The notes beneath the pieces were generated by a model, which ran no database searches, was not told the DNA's origin, and saw nothing but the letters and a program-made list of their open reading frames with translations. From positions 62,001 to 126,000 of the forward strand of contig JAWLHB010000002.1 in assembly GCA_041690595.1 (NCBI GenBank): a DNA stretch of 64,000 bases, written 5' to 3'. The position numbers and the translations under genes were made by a program. The stretch is from Lentisphaeria bacterium (GTDB taxonomy: Bacteria > Verrucomicrobiota > Lentisphaeria > JABSQK01 > JAWLHB01). Each line of letters starts with the position of its first letter. The first letter of the stretch is position 1. This document shows, piece after piece, positions 48,216 through 56,275 of this stretch.

Positions 48216-50063
48216 TCAGATCGGCGAGGCGGAGGCCAGGTTGCGATAGTTGTTGTGAACGAGTCCTTCGGGTACGCCGTGGCGGTGGACTTCGAGTTCG
48301 GGAATGGTCTCGACATCGCCCTGCTGGAGTTCGCGGAGGCGCCGATCGAGTTCGCCGTAGCGGGCAATCTGGCCACTCAGGCGAATCTGCTGGACTTCGA
48401 AACCGAAGGGTTTGTTGTGCGCCATCCAGACGGCGCGCAGGGACTCGAGGAAGGCGCCCAACGCGGTGCGCAGCTCGTCGATCCTGGGTCGCAGGGCGGC
48501 CAATGCGGCGAGGTCATCCGCGGCGTAAGCGGCAATGAGGGTTTCGGCCAGCTCGGTCTTGCGGGCGAGGAGGTCGGCAAGGATGGCGGCATGGCGCAGA
48601 TTGCCAGCGGCAGTATCCCCGGCATGACCGGCCAGGCTTTCGGCGATGGCGCGATAGTCGGCGGCAGCGGCGAGAAGGGAACCTTTATTCTCCTGTCGCG
48701 CATGCTGCAGGAAGATCATGAGCAGGGGATCGTCCCAGATGACCGCGGCCGGATTGAGGATCTGGCAGAGCTCCGCGGCGCGGCAGTTGGCCGCATAATC
48801 GCCGCCGCACACAGCCTGATACCGCCCCCTCAGCAGCTCGTCGTCGACACTGCCGGCAAATGCCTGTTCGGCCATCAGCGCGAGGCCGGCGAAAGCGGAG
48901 TCGAAGTCGCAGTAGCCGCCATCGTCTCCCCACATGGTGAAGAAGAGCTCCTTGAGACCGGCTTCGCGTGAGGCGGCGATGCAGGGAGTGCCCTGAGTCT
49001 GGGTGAGATGCTGATCGTGCCAGAACTTGCCCCAGGTCCAGATTCCGGAACCCATGATCGGCTCGAAGCCCATGTCGCGATGGCGCTGGATCCAATCGAG
49101 GTAGAAGGCTATGTCCTTATGGTAATAATCCCAGTAGACAAGCTGAGCCTGGTGCGGAATCTGCTCGATGACGTCGGCCGGGATCTTGCACGCGGGGTCG
49201 TAGTACTCGCCGGTGGCGCTGCCCATGCGGAAGTACATATCACTCCAGATCATGGGCTGCAGGCCGTGCTTCTCGCAGAGGGCAACGACGCGGGAGAGGT
49301 GCTCGTTGAAGATGTCGAAGCCGCGTTTGTAGCCGAAGCGGTCCATGAAGCGGCCGCGGCCGAGATCGTGGGTTTCGTCCATGCCGAGATGAATGCGGCG
49401 GGTGCGGTAAACGCTCTTCCAGTGAGCGAGCATCTTGTCAATGAGGATATAGGTCTGTTCCTCGCCCGCGAGAAGGACGGAGCGGGTATCGCACACCTCG
49501 CGGTAGGCAAACCACTTGAGCATCTGTTCGAGATGACCGAGGGTCTGAATGCAGGGGACCAGTTCGATGCCCAGACTGGCGGCGACATCATCCAGTTCGC
49601 GCAGTTCGTCGGCAGTGTAGGCGCCGCGCAGGTAACCAAACCATGGTTCATCGGGCAGCTCGTAGGTGTCTTCGGTATAGAGCATGGCCTGATTGTAGCC
49701 GAGGAGGGCCAGGCGGGTCAGCCAGCGCTTCAGATGCGGCACGGTCATGACGGCGTTGCGTGAGCAGTCGAGCATGATGCCGAAGCTGGTGAAGGGGGAG
49801 CTTTCCTGGCGGCTCTCGCCATCGCCGATGGAACCGGCCAGCAGGGAGGAGACGGCCCGCAGGGCCATGGCGTCGGTGCCTCCGGCAATGGTGACGCGGG
49901 CGCCGTTGCGGCTCACTCGGCAACTGGCGGCATCACCGGCACTGAAGGCAACGGTGAGGTCGGCAGGGGCGTCCTCCCGGAGCGGATACGTTTCACCGAG
50001 CGTGCGCAGTGCGGTGGCAAGCGAGGCGGGGGTGGTAGCGGGAGACCATGCGAGAACAGGCAT
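48216..50063 (-). CDS. GH20 beta-N-acetylhexosaminidase
   Basis: GIMLDCSRNAV, LYTEDTY, PCIQTLGH, HLGMDE (catalytic DE), MIWSDM, VYWDY, TMWGDDG. Confidence 0.9.
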   Translation of the reverse strand: MPVLAWSPATTPASLATALRTLGETYPLREDAPADLTVAFSAGDAASCRVSRNGARVTIAGGTDAMALRAVSSLLAGSIGDGESRQESSPFTSFGIMLDCSRNAVMTVPHLKRWLTRLALLGYNQAMLYTEDTYELPDEPWFGYLRGAYTADELRELDDVAASLGIELVPCIQTLGHLEQMLKWFAYREVCDTRSVLLAGEEQTYILIDKMLAHWKSVYRTRRIHLGMDETHDLGRGRFMDRFGYKRGFDIFNEHLSRVVALCEKHGLQPMIWSDMYFRMGSATGEYYDPACKIPADVIEQIPHQAQLVYWDYYHKDIAFYLDWIQRHRDMGFEPIMGSGIWTWGKFWHDQHLTQTQGTPCIAASREAGLKELFFTMWGDDGGYCDFDSAFAGLALMAEQAFAGSVDDELLRGRYQAVCGGDYAANCRAAELCQILNPAAVIWDDPLLMIFLQHARQENKGSLLAAAADYRAIAESLAGHAGDTAAGNLRHAAILADLLARKTELAETLIAAYAADDLAALAALRPRIDELRTALGAFLESLRAVWMAHNKPFGFEVQQIRLSGQIARYGELDRRLRELQQGDVETIPELEVHRHGVPEGLVHNNYRNLASASPI

Positions 50064-50170
50064 TGTGCATTCCTCTTCAGATTGGATGAGCGGCTGAAAG
50101 ATTTGGGCTTACCAGAATCCAGCCGCGCCAGATGTCAACAATGCGACGGGATTATCGCCGGCGGCGTGAC

Positions 50171-51619
50171 TCAGCGCTTGATCTGGAGGCGAGTGGTGCC
50201 CTGCTTGCCGCCGCTGCCCTTGAACGAGTTGATCAGCAGCCAGACCCCGAACCCCAGGATGGGCAGAAGACCGCCGATGGTGGCGGTCAGCATCAGGGTG
50301 CGGCTGGGAAAGAGGGCGATGATGGCCGCGGCGGCGCCTTCGGGCTGGGAGATGGCCATGTAGGCCAGCAGCGCCAGAAGAGCAGCGCAGGCAATCATGA
50401 CGGCGGCGAGTTTCCTGGCAGTCTTCGCACTGAAGAAGCTCAGGCGAGCCAGCCCTTTGGGCTCGATCAGGCGATGGGTGTTACGCAGCATGTGCTGCAA
50501 CTCACCGAAGAACTGCTTGAGTTCGCGGACGCTGGTCATGGGCAGGGCGATATACGCCTCGTCCCCCGCATCGTCGCGATACTTGATGTCGATGGTGAGG
50601 TGCGAGACATCCTGATCGGCCATGAGGATGCTGGGAACAGGAACGATGACAGCTTCCTCTGCCGGCATGAAGTCGCTGGGGTGATAGCCGTCCTTGATGG
50701 CGGTACGGGTTTCCTCGATGTCGCTGGCGTTCAACTTGCAGGCGAAGAAGGAGCCCTGAACGATGCCGAAGACCGTGTGGAGGGAGCTCTCGAGATTGGA
50801 GAAAACAAGCGGGGGGCGTTCGAGGAACTCGGGTGGGATGACCTTGGCCTCGGCATCGCGCCTGAGGCGCAGATCGGGTTTGCCTTCGCGCTTCTTCGGG
50901 TCGATACGCAACGCCTCGGCTTCGGGGCGAAAGCCTTGACTCCAATCGACCTGTTCGGGCTCCTCGACTTCTTCTTCGAGCTTGGGCGCCTTTGGCGGGG
51001 TGGCGGGGACCGGATAGCTATCCGGCGATTTCGGGGGTGCCTTGGGTGCCATGGCCCGGAGCTGGGGCGTGGTCGGCATCTTGGGGATCTCGAACGTTGC
51101 TTCCTGGATGCCTTCCGGCGTTGGCGGCTCAGTGGCGGCCTTGCGTATGGTGAGTTCGCTGGCCGGTCGCAGCTTGTCGGCGGACGTCTCTGGGGCCTTC
51201 GGTTGCATCGCCCGAAGCTTCAACTCCTGGGGTGGCTCGAGGGGCGGACTGGCCTGCTCGGGCTTTTCCGGGGCGTATGGTGGATCGGCGGCGATGGTCT
51301 CATCCATGGCGGACAAGGGCATCTTCGGTTTGATGGAGAGGATCTTCGGCGGCTCGAGAAGCTCGTCGCCTTCCTCCACAACCGTATCGCCCGGCGAATC
51401 CGGGAGCCGCAGGGCTTCGCGGGTCGGTTCGAGAGAGGAATCCGACTGGCGCGGAGAGGATAGCTCGGGCTTCGGCGGGAGGCTCCTCGGGGTCGGAGCC
51501 ACAATGCGCGGGCGAAGCTTCGGCGCAATACCGGGAATACGACTGCCGGAACGCTGAACGCTCGGCTTCTTATCCGAGTCATCCTCAGTCTGGTCATCGC
51601 CATTCTGGCGGGTGCTCAT
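50171..51619 (-). CDS. Hypothetical protein: Pro-rich disordered N-half, globular middle, two C-terminal TM helices
   Basis: P/E/K-rich first approximately 250 aa and two hydrophobic segments near the C-terminus. Confidence 0.7.
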   Translation of the reverse strand: MSTRQNGDDQTEDDSDKKPSVQRSGSRIPGIAPKLRPRIVAPTPRSLPPKPELSSPRQSDSSLEPTREALRLPDSPGDTVVEEGDELLEPPKILSIKPKMPLSAMDETIAADPPYAPEKPEQASPPLEPPQELKLRAMQPKAPETSADKLRPASELTIRKAATEPPTPEGIQEATFEIPKMPTTPQLRAMAPKAPPKSPDSYPVPATPPKAPKLEEEVEEPEQVDWSQGFRPEAEALRIDPKKREGKPDLRLRRDAEAKVIPPEFLERPPLVFSNLESSLHTVFGIVQGSFFACKLNASDIEETRTAIKDGYHPSDFMPAEEAVIVPVPSILMADQDVSHLTIDIKYRDDAGDEAYIALPMTSVRELKQFFGELQHMLRNTHRLIEPKGLARLSFFSAKTARKLAAVMIACAALLALLAYMAISQPEGAAAAIIALFPSRTLMLTATIGGLLPILGFGVWLLINSFKGSGGKQGTTRLQIKR

Positions 51620-51773
51620 GTGCATCGACTCCCTGGTGGCGGTTCTGACCGGCAGGACGCGCTTGCTTTTCTGGGTCTCCCGGCTCTCAGCCGCGAAAGA
51701 TGTACCATACCCGCAAATGGCGACATTTCCAGTTGTGAGAGGCGATCAGGAGGATGCTCGCACAACCACGCGG

Positions 51774-51994
51774 ATGGAACCACGCGGATGGAACCACGGA
51801 GACACGGAGACACGGAGGCGAGGCGAGAGGGTGATACTTCACCTACTTGAGCATCTGATGCTATAAAGATCACCACGAAGAACACGAAGATTGCGAGAAG
51901 TAAATCAAGGTGGTATATGTGATGTTACTAATGACTTACCGTTATTTCTATAGCCTAACAACCCATTCTTCGTGCTCTTTGTGCACTTCGTGGT
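51774..51994. repeat. Short tandem repeat tracts including an inverted CCACGAAG-type pair
   Basis: (AACCACGCGGATGG)x2 and (CACGGAGA)x about 3. ACCACGAAGAACACGAAG at 51872-51889, with an inverted triple copy at 51968-51994 around a 78-bp AT-rich spacer. Confidence 0.75.
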
Positions 51995-52088
51995 TAATCC
52001 GTTCGATTGGGATCCCCTTCTGGATGACCGCATTTTCGGATCTTTCTTCATGAAGTATGCTGGAGGTGGGCGGGCCGTTGGGGCAAGC

Positions 52089-52190
52089 GGGCGAAAGGAG
52101 ATCTGGACGGATCTGACGGATCTGACGGATCTGACGGGCGAATGGGAGCGAGGGTCGTAAGCAACGGGCCTCGCGGGTCGGAGAACCCCT
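52089..52190 (+). repeat. Left copy of an approximately 100-bp direct repeat
   Basis: GGAGATCTGG(ACGGATCTG)x3...ATGGGAG...CGTAxGCAACGG...TCGCGGxTCGGAGAACC, matching 53752-53856. Confidence 0.8.
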
Positions 52191-52247
52191 CATCAATAAG
52201 TCCCGTGGAGTTGAGCTTGGGCGGGGAGGGGGCAATGGCAATGGCGC

Positions 52248-52297
52248 GGAATGTCTGCCCCACTTTCCGAGCAGGCAGACAGGAATGTCTGCACTAC
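52248..52297 (-). repeat. Two REP-like elements of a second family
   Basis: Minus strand reads GTAG-T-GCAGACA-TTCC-TGTCTGC (perfect 7-bp hairpin) and a partial GTGGG-GCAGACATTCC. Confidence 0.65.
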
Positions 52298-52322
52298 GGG
52301 GAAGACTATTTTCCTTGCCCTC

Positions 52323-52350
52323 TTGACTTTTGGGTTATGTGTGATATACT
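52323..52350 (+). promoter_or_regulatory. Near-consensus sigma70 promoter with extended -10
   Basis: TTGACT - 16 bp - TATACT, with TG one base upstream of the -10. Confidence 0.7.
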
Positions 52351-52400
52351 CTGAAGTATCATTCTGGTGGTAATTCACAGGCTCTTGGGAGGGAGTGGTG

Positions 52401-52897
52401 ATGAGTGGGCTCAGCGGGAAGATGTGGCGGTTTGGGAGGGAGTATGTGAAGGACTTCTGTGGGGAGAAGGCGGCACTTCGGGCGGGTTATTCGGAGTCGT
52501 TTGCGAAGGGGCGAGCGACGGAGCTGCTGGGGGATGGTCGCGGTTCGGGGAACCGATGTGCCGGGACCGAGGAATCGACCGAGGTTTTGGGATGGGGCGA
52601 GGCGCGGGAGGCCACTCAGGCGAGTGGCGTGCCTGGGATGGGGTCGCCGCTCGGAGAGCGGCTCAGTCGCGGTTCGGAGAACCCCTCCCACGTTGTCGGG
52701 CCTGTCGAGGCAAGCGCTAATGAAATTGCGCTCACGCGGGGAGATGGCAAGGGTTCTAGTCGCGGTTCGGAGAACCCCTCCCACGTTGTCGGGCCTGTCG
52801 AGGCTAACGCTAATGAAATTGCGCTCACGCGGGGGGATGGCAAGGGTTCTAGTCGCGGTTCGGAGAACCTCTCCCACGTTGTCGGGCCTGTCGAGGC
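52401..52897 (+). CDS. Terminase small subunit-like N-terminal HTH fused to 31-aa repeats (3' end undefined: frame enters the gap; may be a pseudogene)
   Basis: RBS GGAGGG 7 nt before ATG. LSGKMWRFGREYVKDFCGEKAALRAGYSESFAKGRATELL matches the Terminase_2 N-terminal pattern (F..EY..D.....AA.RAGYS...A......LL). Confidence 0.55.
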
Positions 52898-53552
52898 NNN
52901 NNNNNNNNNNNNNNNNNNNNNNNNNNNNNNNNNNNNNNNNNNNNNNNNNNNNNNNNNNNNNNNNNNNNNNNNNNNNNNNNNNNNNNNNNNNNNNNNNCGC
53001 TAATGAAATTGCGCTCACGCGGGGAGATGGCAAGGGTTCCAGTCGCGGTTCGGAGAACCCCTCCCACGTTGTCGGGCCTGTCGAGGCAAGCGCTAATGAA
53101 ATTGCGCTCACGCGGGGAGATGGCAAGGGTTCTAGTCGCGGTTCGGAGAACCCCTCCCACGTTGTCGGGCCTGTCGAGGCTAACGCTAATGAAATTGCGC
53201 TCACGCGGGGGGATGGCAAGGGTTCTAGTCGCGGTTCGGAGAACCTCTCCCACGTTGTCGGGCCTGTCGAGGCAAGCGCTAATGAAATTGCGCTCTCGCT
53301 GGGAGATGGCAAGGGTTCCAGTCGCGGTTCGGAGAACCGCTCCCACGTTGTCGGGCCTTTGGAGGCTAACGCTAATGAAACTGCGCTCACGCGGGGAGAT
53401 GGCAAGGGTTCCAGTCGCGGTTCGGAGGACCCCTCCCACGCTGTCGGGCCTGTCGAGCCTAACGCTAATGAAATTGCGCTCACGCGGGGAGATGGCAAGG
53501 GTTCTAGTCGCGGTTCGGAGAACTCCTCCCACGTTGTCGGGCCTGTCGAGGC
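52665..53552. repeat. 93-bp tandem repeat array of REP-like hairpin units (9 visible cores, interrupted by a gap)
   Basis: Units start at 52665, 52758, 52851, 53041, 53134, 53227, 53320, 53413 and 53506. The core reads on the minus strand GTGGGAG(G/C)GGTTC-TCC-GAACCGCGA. Confidence 0.95.
52898..52997. other. Scaffold gap (100 N)
   Basis: Run of 100 N inside the repeat array. Confidence 1.
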
Positions 53553-53751
53553 GACGCCAAATCGCCGCGCGCAGAACGGCTCCCGCCTTGCCGAAGGGCA
53601 GACCGAGGATTTGACCGAGGTTTTTGGGGGAAGTGAGGCGCAGGAGGCCACTCCGGCGAGTGGCGTGCCCGGGAATGCGACCGACATTTCGACCGAGGAA
53701 TCGACCGAGGTTTTGGGATGGAGCGGCATCGTTGAGGGCAATGGGGATAGA

Positions 53752-53856
53752 GGGCAAAAGGAGATCTGGACGGATCTGACGGATCTTACGGATCTGCGGG
53801 CAAATGGGAGGGGGGGCCGTAGGCAACGGCCCCAGTCGCGGTTCGGAGAACCACCT
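53752..53856 (+). repeat. Right copy of the approximately 100-bp direct repeat
   Basis: GGAGATCTGGACGGATCTGACGGATCTTACGGATCTG...ATGGGAG...CGTAGGCAACGG...TCGCGGTTCGGAGAACC. Confidence 0.8.
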
Positions 53857-53901
53857 GGTTGGGCCTGTCGCGGTGCGGAGAGTGCCTCGCTCAACAGTGA
53901 G

Positions 53902-55008
53902 TCAGGTGCTGGCGAGGATTCTGCCGGAGTCGACGTTGAAGACGATGGCGGGGGAAAGCTCGGCGAGGGCATGATCGCCGGTGGCGACGAGGAAGGTCTG
54001 GTCGGCGCGGCGCAGGTGCTCGTAGAAGGCATGGCGGGCACGGGCATCGAGTTCACCAACGACGTCGTCGACGAGCCAGATGATGGGGAGTTCGCGGGTG
54101 TCGGCGATGAGGAGGTCACCGGCGGCCATCTTGAGGGCGAGGACCGCCAGCCGGCATTGGCCTTCGGAGCCATACAGGTCGAGGGGGTGATCGTCGAGGG
54201 CGAGGCGAATCTCGTCGCGGTGGGGGCCGCGCGTGGTATGCTGGCGGGCGAGATCCTGCTGGCGATGGGCGTTGAGTTCCTCCTGGAAGGCCTGGCGGAG
54301 CGCTTCCGGGGGCGGCTGCTGGAGGGCGAGGCGAATGGAGGGCAGGTACTCCAGCGTCAACCGCTGTTCGGCGGAGAAGAGCTGGGAGCCGACGGTCCGG
54401 AGGCGCTCGGCGAGGTTGGCGAGCAGCGTCGCGCGATGGATCATCAGGCTGGCGCCGCGGTCGATCAGGACCTTGTCATAGGCGCGAATGGCGGCATCGC
54501 TGGGCTGGGGATGGCGGAGAAGGGCATTGCGGGCCTTGAGGGTGTGGGCGTACTCCTGGAGGAGGGGCATGCAGCCGGGGACCAGCTGAGTCGTGAGCAT
54601 GTCGAGAAAGCGACGCCGGTCGCTGCCGGTCCCTTTGACGAGTCCTATATCTTCCGGGACGAAGGTGTTGCAGCAGAAATGGCGAATGAAGTCGCTGGCG
54701 CGGGAGACGAGGGAGCCGTCGACCATCAGGCGTCGCTGCGGTCCATGTTCGACGGCCAGACGGCGCTCGCCGTGATCGGTGGAGAGTTCGCCGCGCAGCC
54801 GGAAGAGGCGGGTCCCCCAGCGGTGCAGGTGGCTCAACCGGGTGGTGCGGAAGGAGCGGAGGAGGGAGAGGAACTGAATGGCCTCCAGGAGGTTGGTCTT
54901 GCCCTGTCCGTTGGCGCCGACCAGCAGGTTGAGTCCGGGCACCAGCTCGAGGTCGAGCTTGTCGTAGTTCCGGAAGTCGCTGAGATGGAGGGCGTGCAGG
55001 TGGGGCAT
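53902..55008 (-). CDS. recF: DNA replication and repair protein RecF
   Basis: FRNY, GANGQGKTNLLEAI, RSFR, RRRFLD, RNALL, GPHRDE, GSEGQCR, LVDDVVGELD. Confidence 0.95.
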   Translation of the reverse strand: MPHLHALHLSDFRNYDKLDLELVPGLNLLVGANGQGKTNLLEAIQFLSLLRSFRTTRLSHLHRWGTRLFRLRGELSTDHGERRLAVEHGPQRRLMVDGSLVSRASDFIRHFCCNTFVPEDIGLVKGTGSDRRRFLDMLTTQLVPGCMPLLQEYAHTLKARNALLRHPQPSDAAIRAYDKVLIDRGASLMIHRATLLANLAERLRTVGSQLFSAEQRLTLEYLPSIRLALQQPPPEALRQAFQEELNAHRQQDLARQHTTRGPHRDEIRLALDDHPLDLYGSEGQCRLAVLALKMAAGDLLIADTRELPIIWLVDDVVGELDARARHAFYEHLRRADQTFLVATGDHALAELSPAIVFNVDSGRILAST

Positions 55009-55109
55009 GGGGAGGCTTTGCGGCTAAAGAGGTTTTGGTATACAAGACCAGCCGGAGCGGAATCTGCAAGTCCCCGGCGCAGGGCGGGCGAAATCCAGTG
55101 GAGAATGCC

Positions 55110-55138
55110 TTGCAATTGCCAGGCGAGGCCTGTAGCCT
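55110..55138 (+). promoter_or_regulatory. Candidate sigma70 promoter
   Basis: TTGCAA - 17 bp - TAGCCT upstream of the M42 gene. GTACAA and TTGTAC half-sites lie just downstream. Confidence 0.45.
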
Positions 55139-55213
55139 TAAGATGTTCGTACAAATAATCGATTTGAATCAGCCATAAGAAATGCCAGTTGTACGTATCA
55201 CTGTGAGGGACGC

Positions 55214-56272
55214 ATGAATGACTCCGAGTTGAGTTTCCTCCGCCAGTTGCTGACCACCCCGGGTCCGGCCGGATTTGAAAGCCAGGTTCAGGCGCTGTGG
55301 TGCGAACGAACCCGCCCCTTTGCCGAAACGGTCCAGCTCGATGTGCATGGCAATGCCTATGCGGCGCTGAACAGCAGCGCGGCCTGCCGCGTCATGCTTG
55401 CCGGCCATGCCGACGAGATCGGCCTCATGGTGATGGCAATCGGTGAGGACGGTCTGCTCAAGGTCGGCGCCATCGGCAGTTTCGATTGCCGCTTCGCGCC
55501 GGGCACCCCCGTCCAGATCATGAGCGCGAACGGCTTGATCGACGGCATCATCGGCAAGCCACTCAGGTCCGAGGATGGGGATGGGGGGGACGAGCGGCCG
55601 CCCCGTATCGGGCAACTCTGGGTGGACATCGGCGCGCTGGATCGCGAGGACGCGGCCCGCCATGTTGCCGCCGGCGATCCCATGGTGATGGCTCCCACCT
55701 GCCGCAGCCTCCTCAACAACCGATGGGCGACGCGCGCGGCGGATGATCGCGTCGGGGTCTTCATGTGTTCGGAGGTTGTGCGCCGACTGGCAGGCAAGCC
55801 GCTGAAGGTCGCGCTCTGGTCGGTCTCCACCGTGCAGGAAGAGGTGGGCTCGCGCGGGGCGCGCAGTGCGGCCTTTCGCCTGGATCCAGCGATCTGCCTG
55901 GTCTTCGACGTGGTTCATGTCAGCGACTATCCCACGGCCGATGTGGCGCGCTTCGGCGATGTGCGTTTGGGTCGCGGTCCGGTCCTGGTACGGGGCGCCA
56001 ACGCCAATGCGAAGCTGAACGGGATCATCGAAGCCGCGGCGAGAGAGGCGGGCATTCCCTACCAGATTTCGCCAGTGCCAACGGTCACCTACACGGATGC
56101 CAACCCGATCCAGATGCATCGGGGCGGAGTCGCGACGGCGCTGATCAAGGTGCCGGTGCGCTACATGCATTCGGCGACGGAACTCTTTTCGCTCGACGAT
56201 CTCGAACATGCCACCGCCCTGGCCGCCGCCACTGTCGAGCGGCTGGACGGGGAAGAGTCTTTCATTCCTTGA
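55214..56272 (+). CDS. M42 family metallo-aminopeptidase
   Basis: PGPAGFE, AGHADEIG, WVDIGA, ADDRVG, VQEEVGSRGA, TDA, PVRYMHS. Confidence 0.92.
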   Translation: MNDSELSFLRQLLTTPGPAGFESQVQALWCERTRPFAETVQLDVHGNAYAALNSSAACRVMLAGHADEIGLMVMAIGEDGLLKVGAIGSFDCRFAPGTPVQIMSANGLIDGIIGKPLRSEDGDGGDERPPRIGQLWVDIGALDREDAARHVAAGDPMVMAPTCRSLLNNRWATRAADDRVGVFMCSEVVRRLAGKPLKVALWSVSTVQEEVGSRGARSAAFRLDPAICLVFDVVHVSDYPTADVARFGDVRLGRGPVLVRGANANAKLNGIIEAAAREAGIPYQISPVPTVTYTDANPIQMHRGGVATALIKVPVRYMHSATELFSLDDLEHATALAAATVERLDGEESFIP

Positions 56273-56275
56273 CAC

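Noticed and set aside
51953..51999. Integron attC site (GCCTAAC)
   Set aside because: No matching GTTRRRY core with the expected palindromic arms, no upstream cassette ORF and no integrase.
52665..53552. CRISPR array
   Set aside because: The segments between palindromic cores are near-identical rather than unique spacers, and no cas genes are in the window.
51700..55008. Prophage around the terminase-like ORF
   Set aside because: No large terminase, portal, capsid, tail or integrase genes; the flanks are recF and metabolic genes.
52459..55158. 899-aa plus-strand ORF
   Set aside because: It is stitched across the N gap in an arbitrary frame, and its last roughly 1.1 kb is the antisense shadow of recF.
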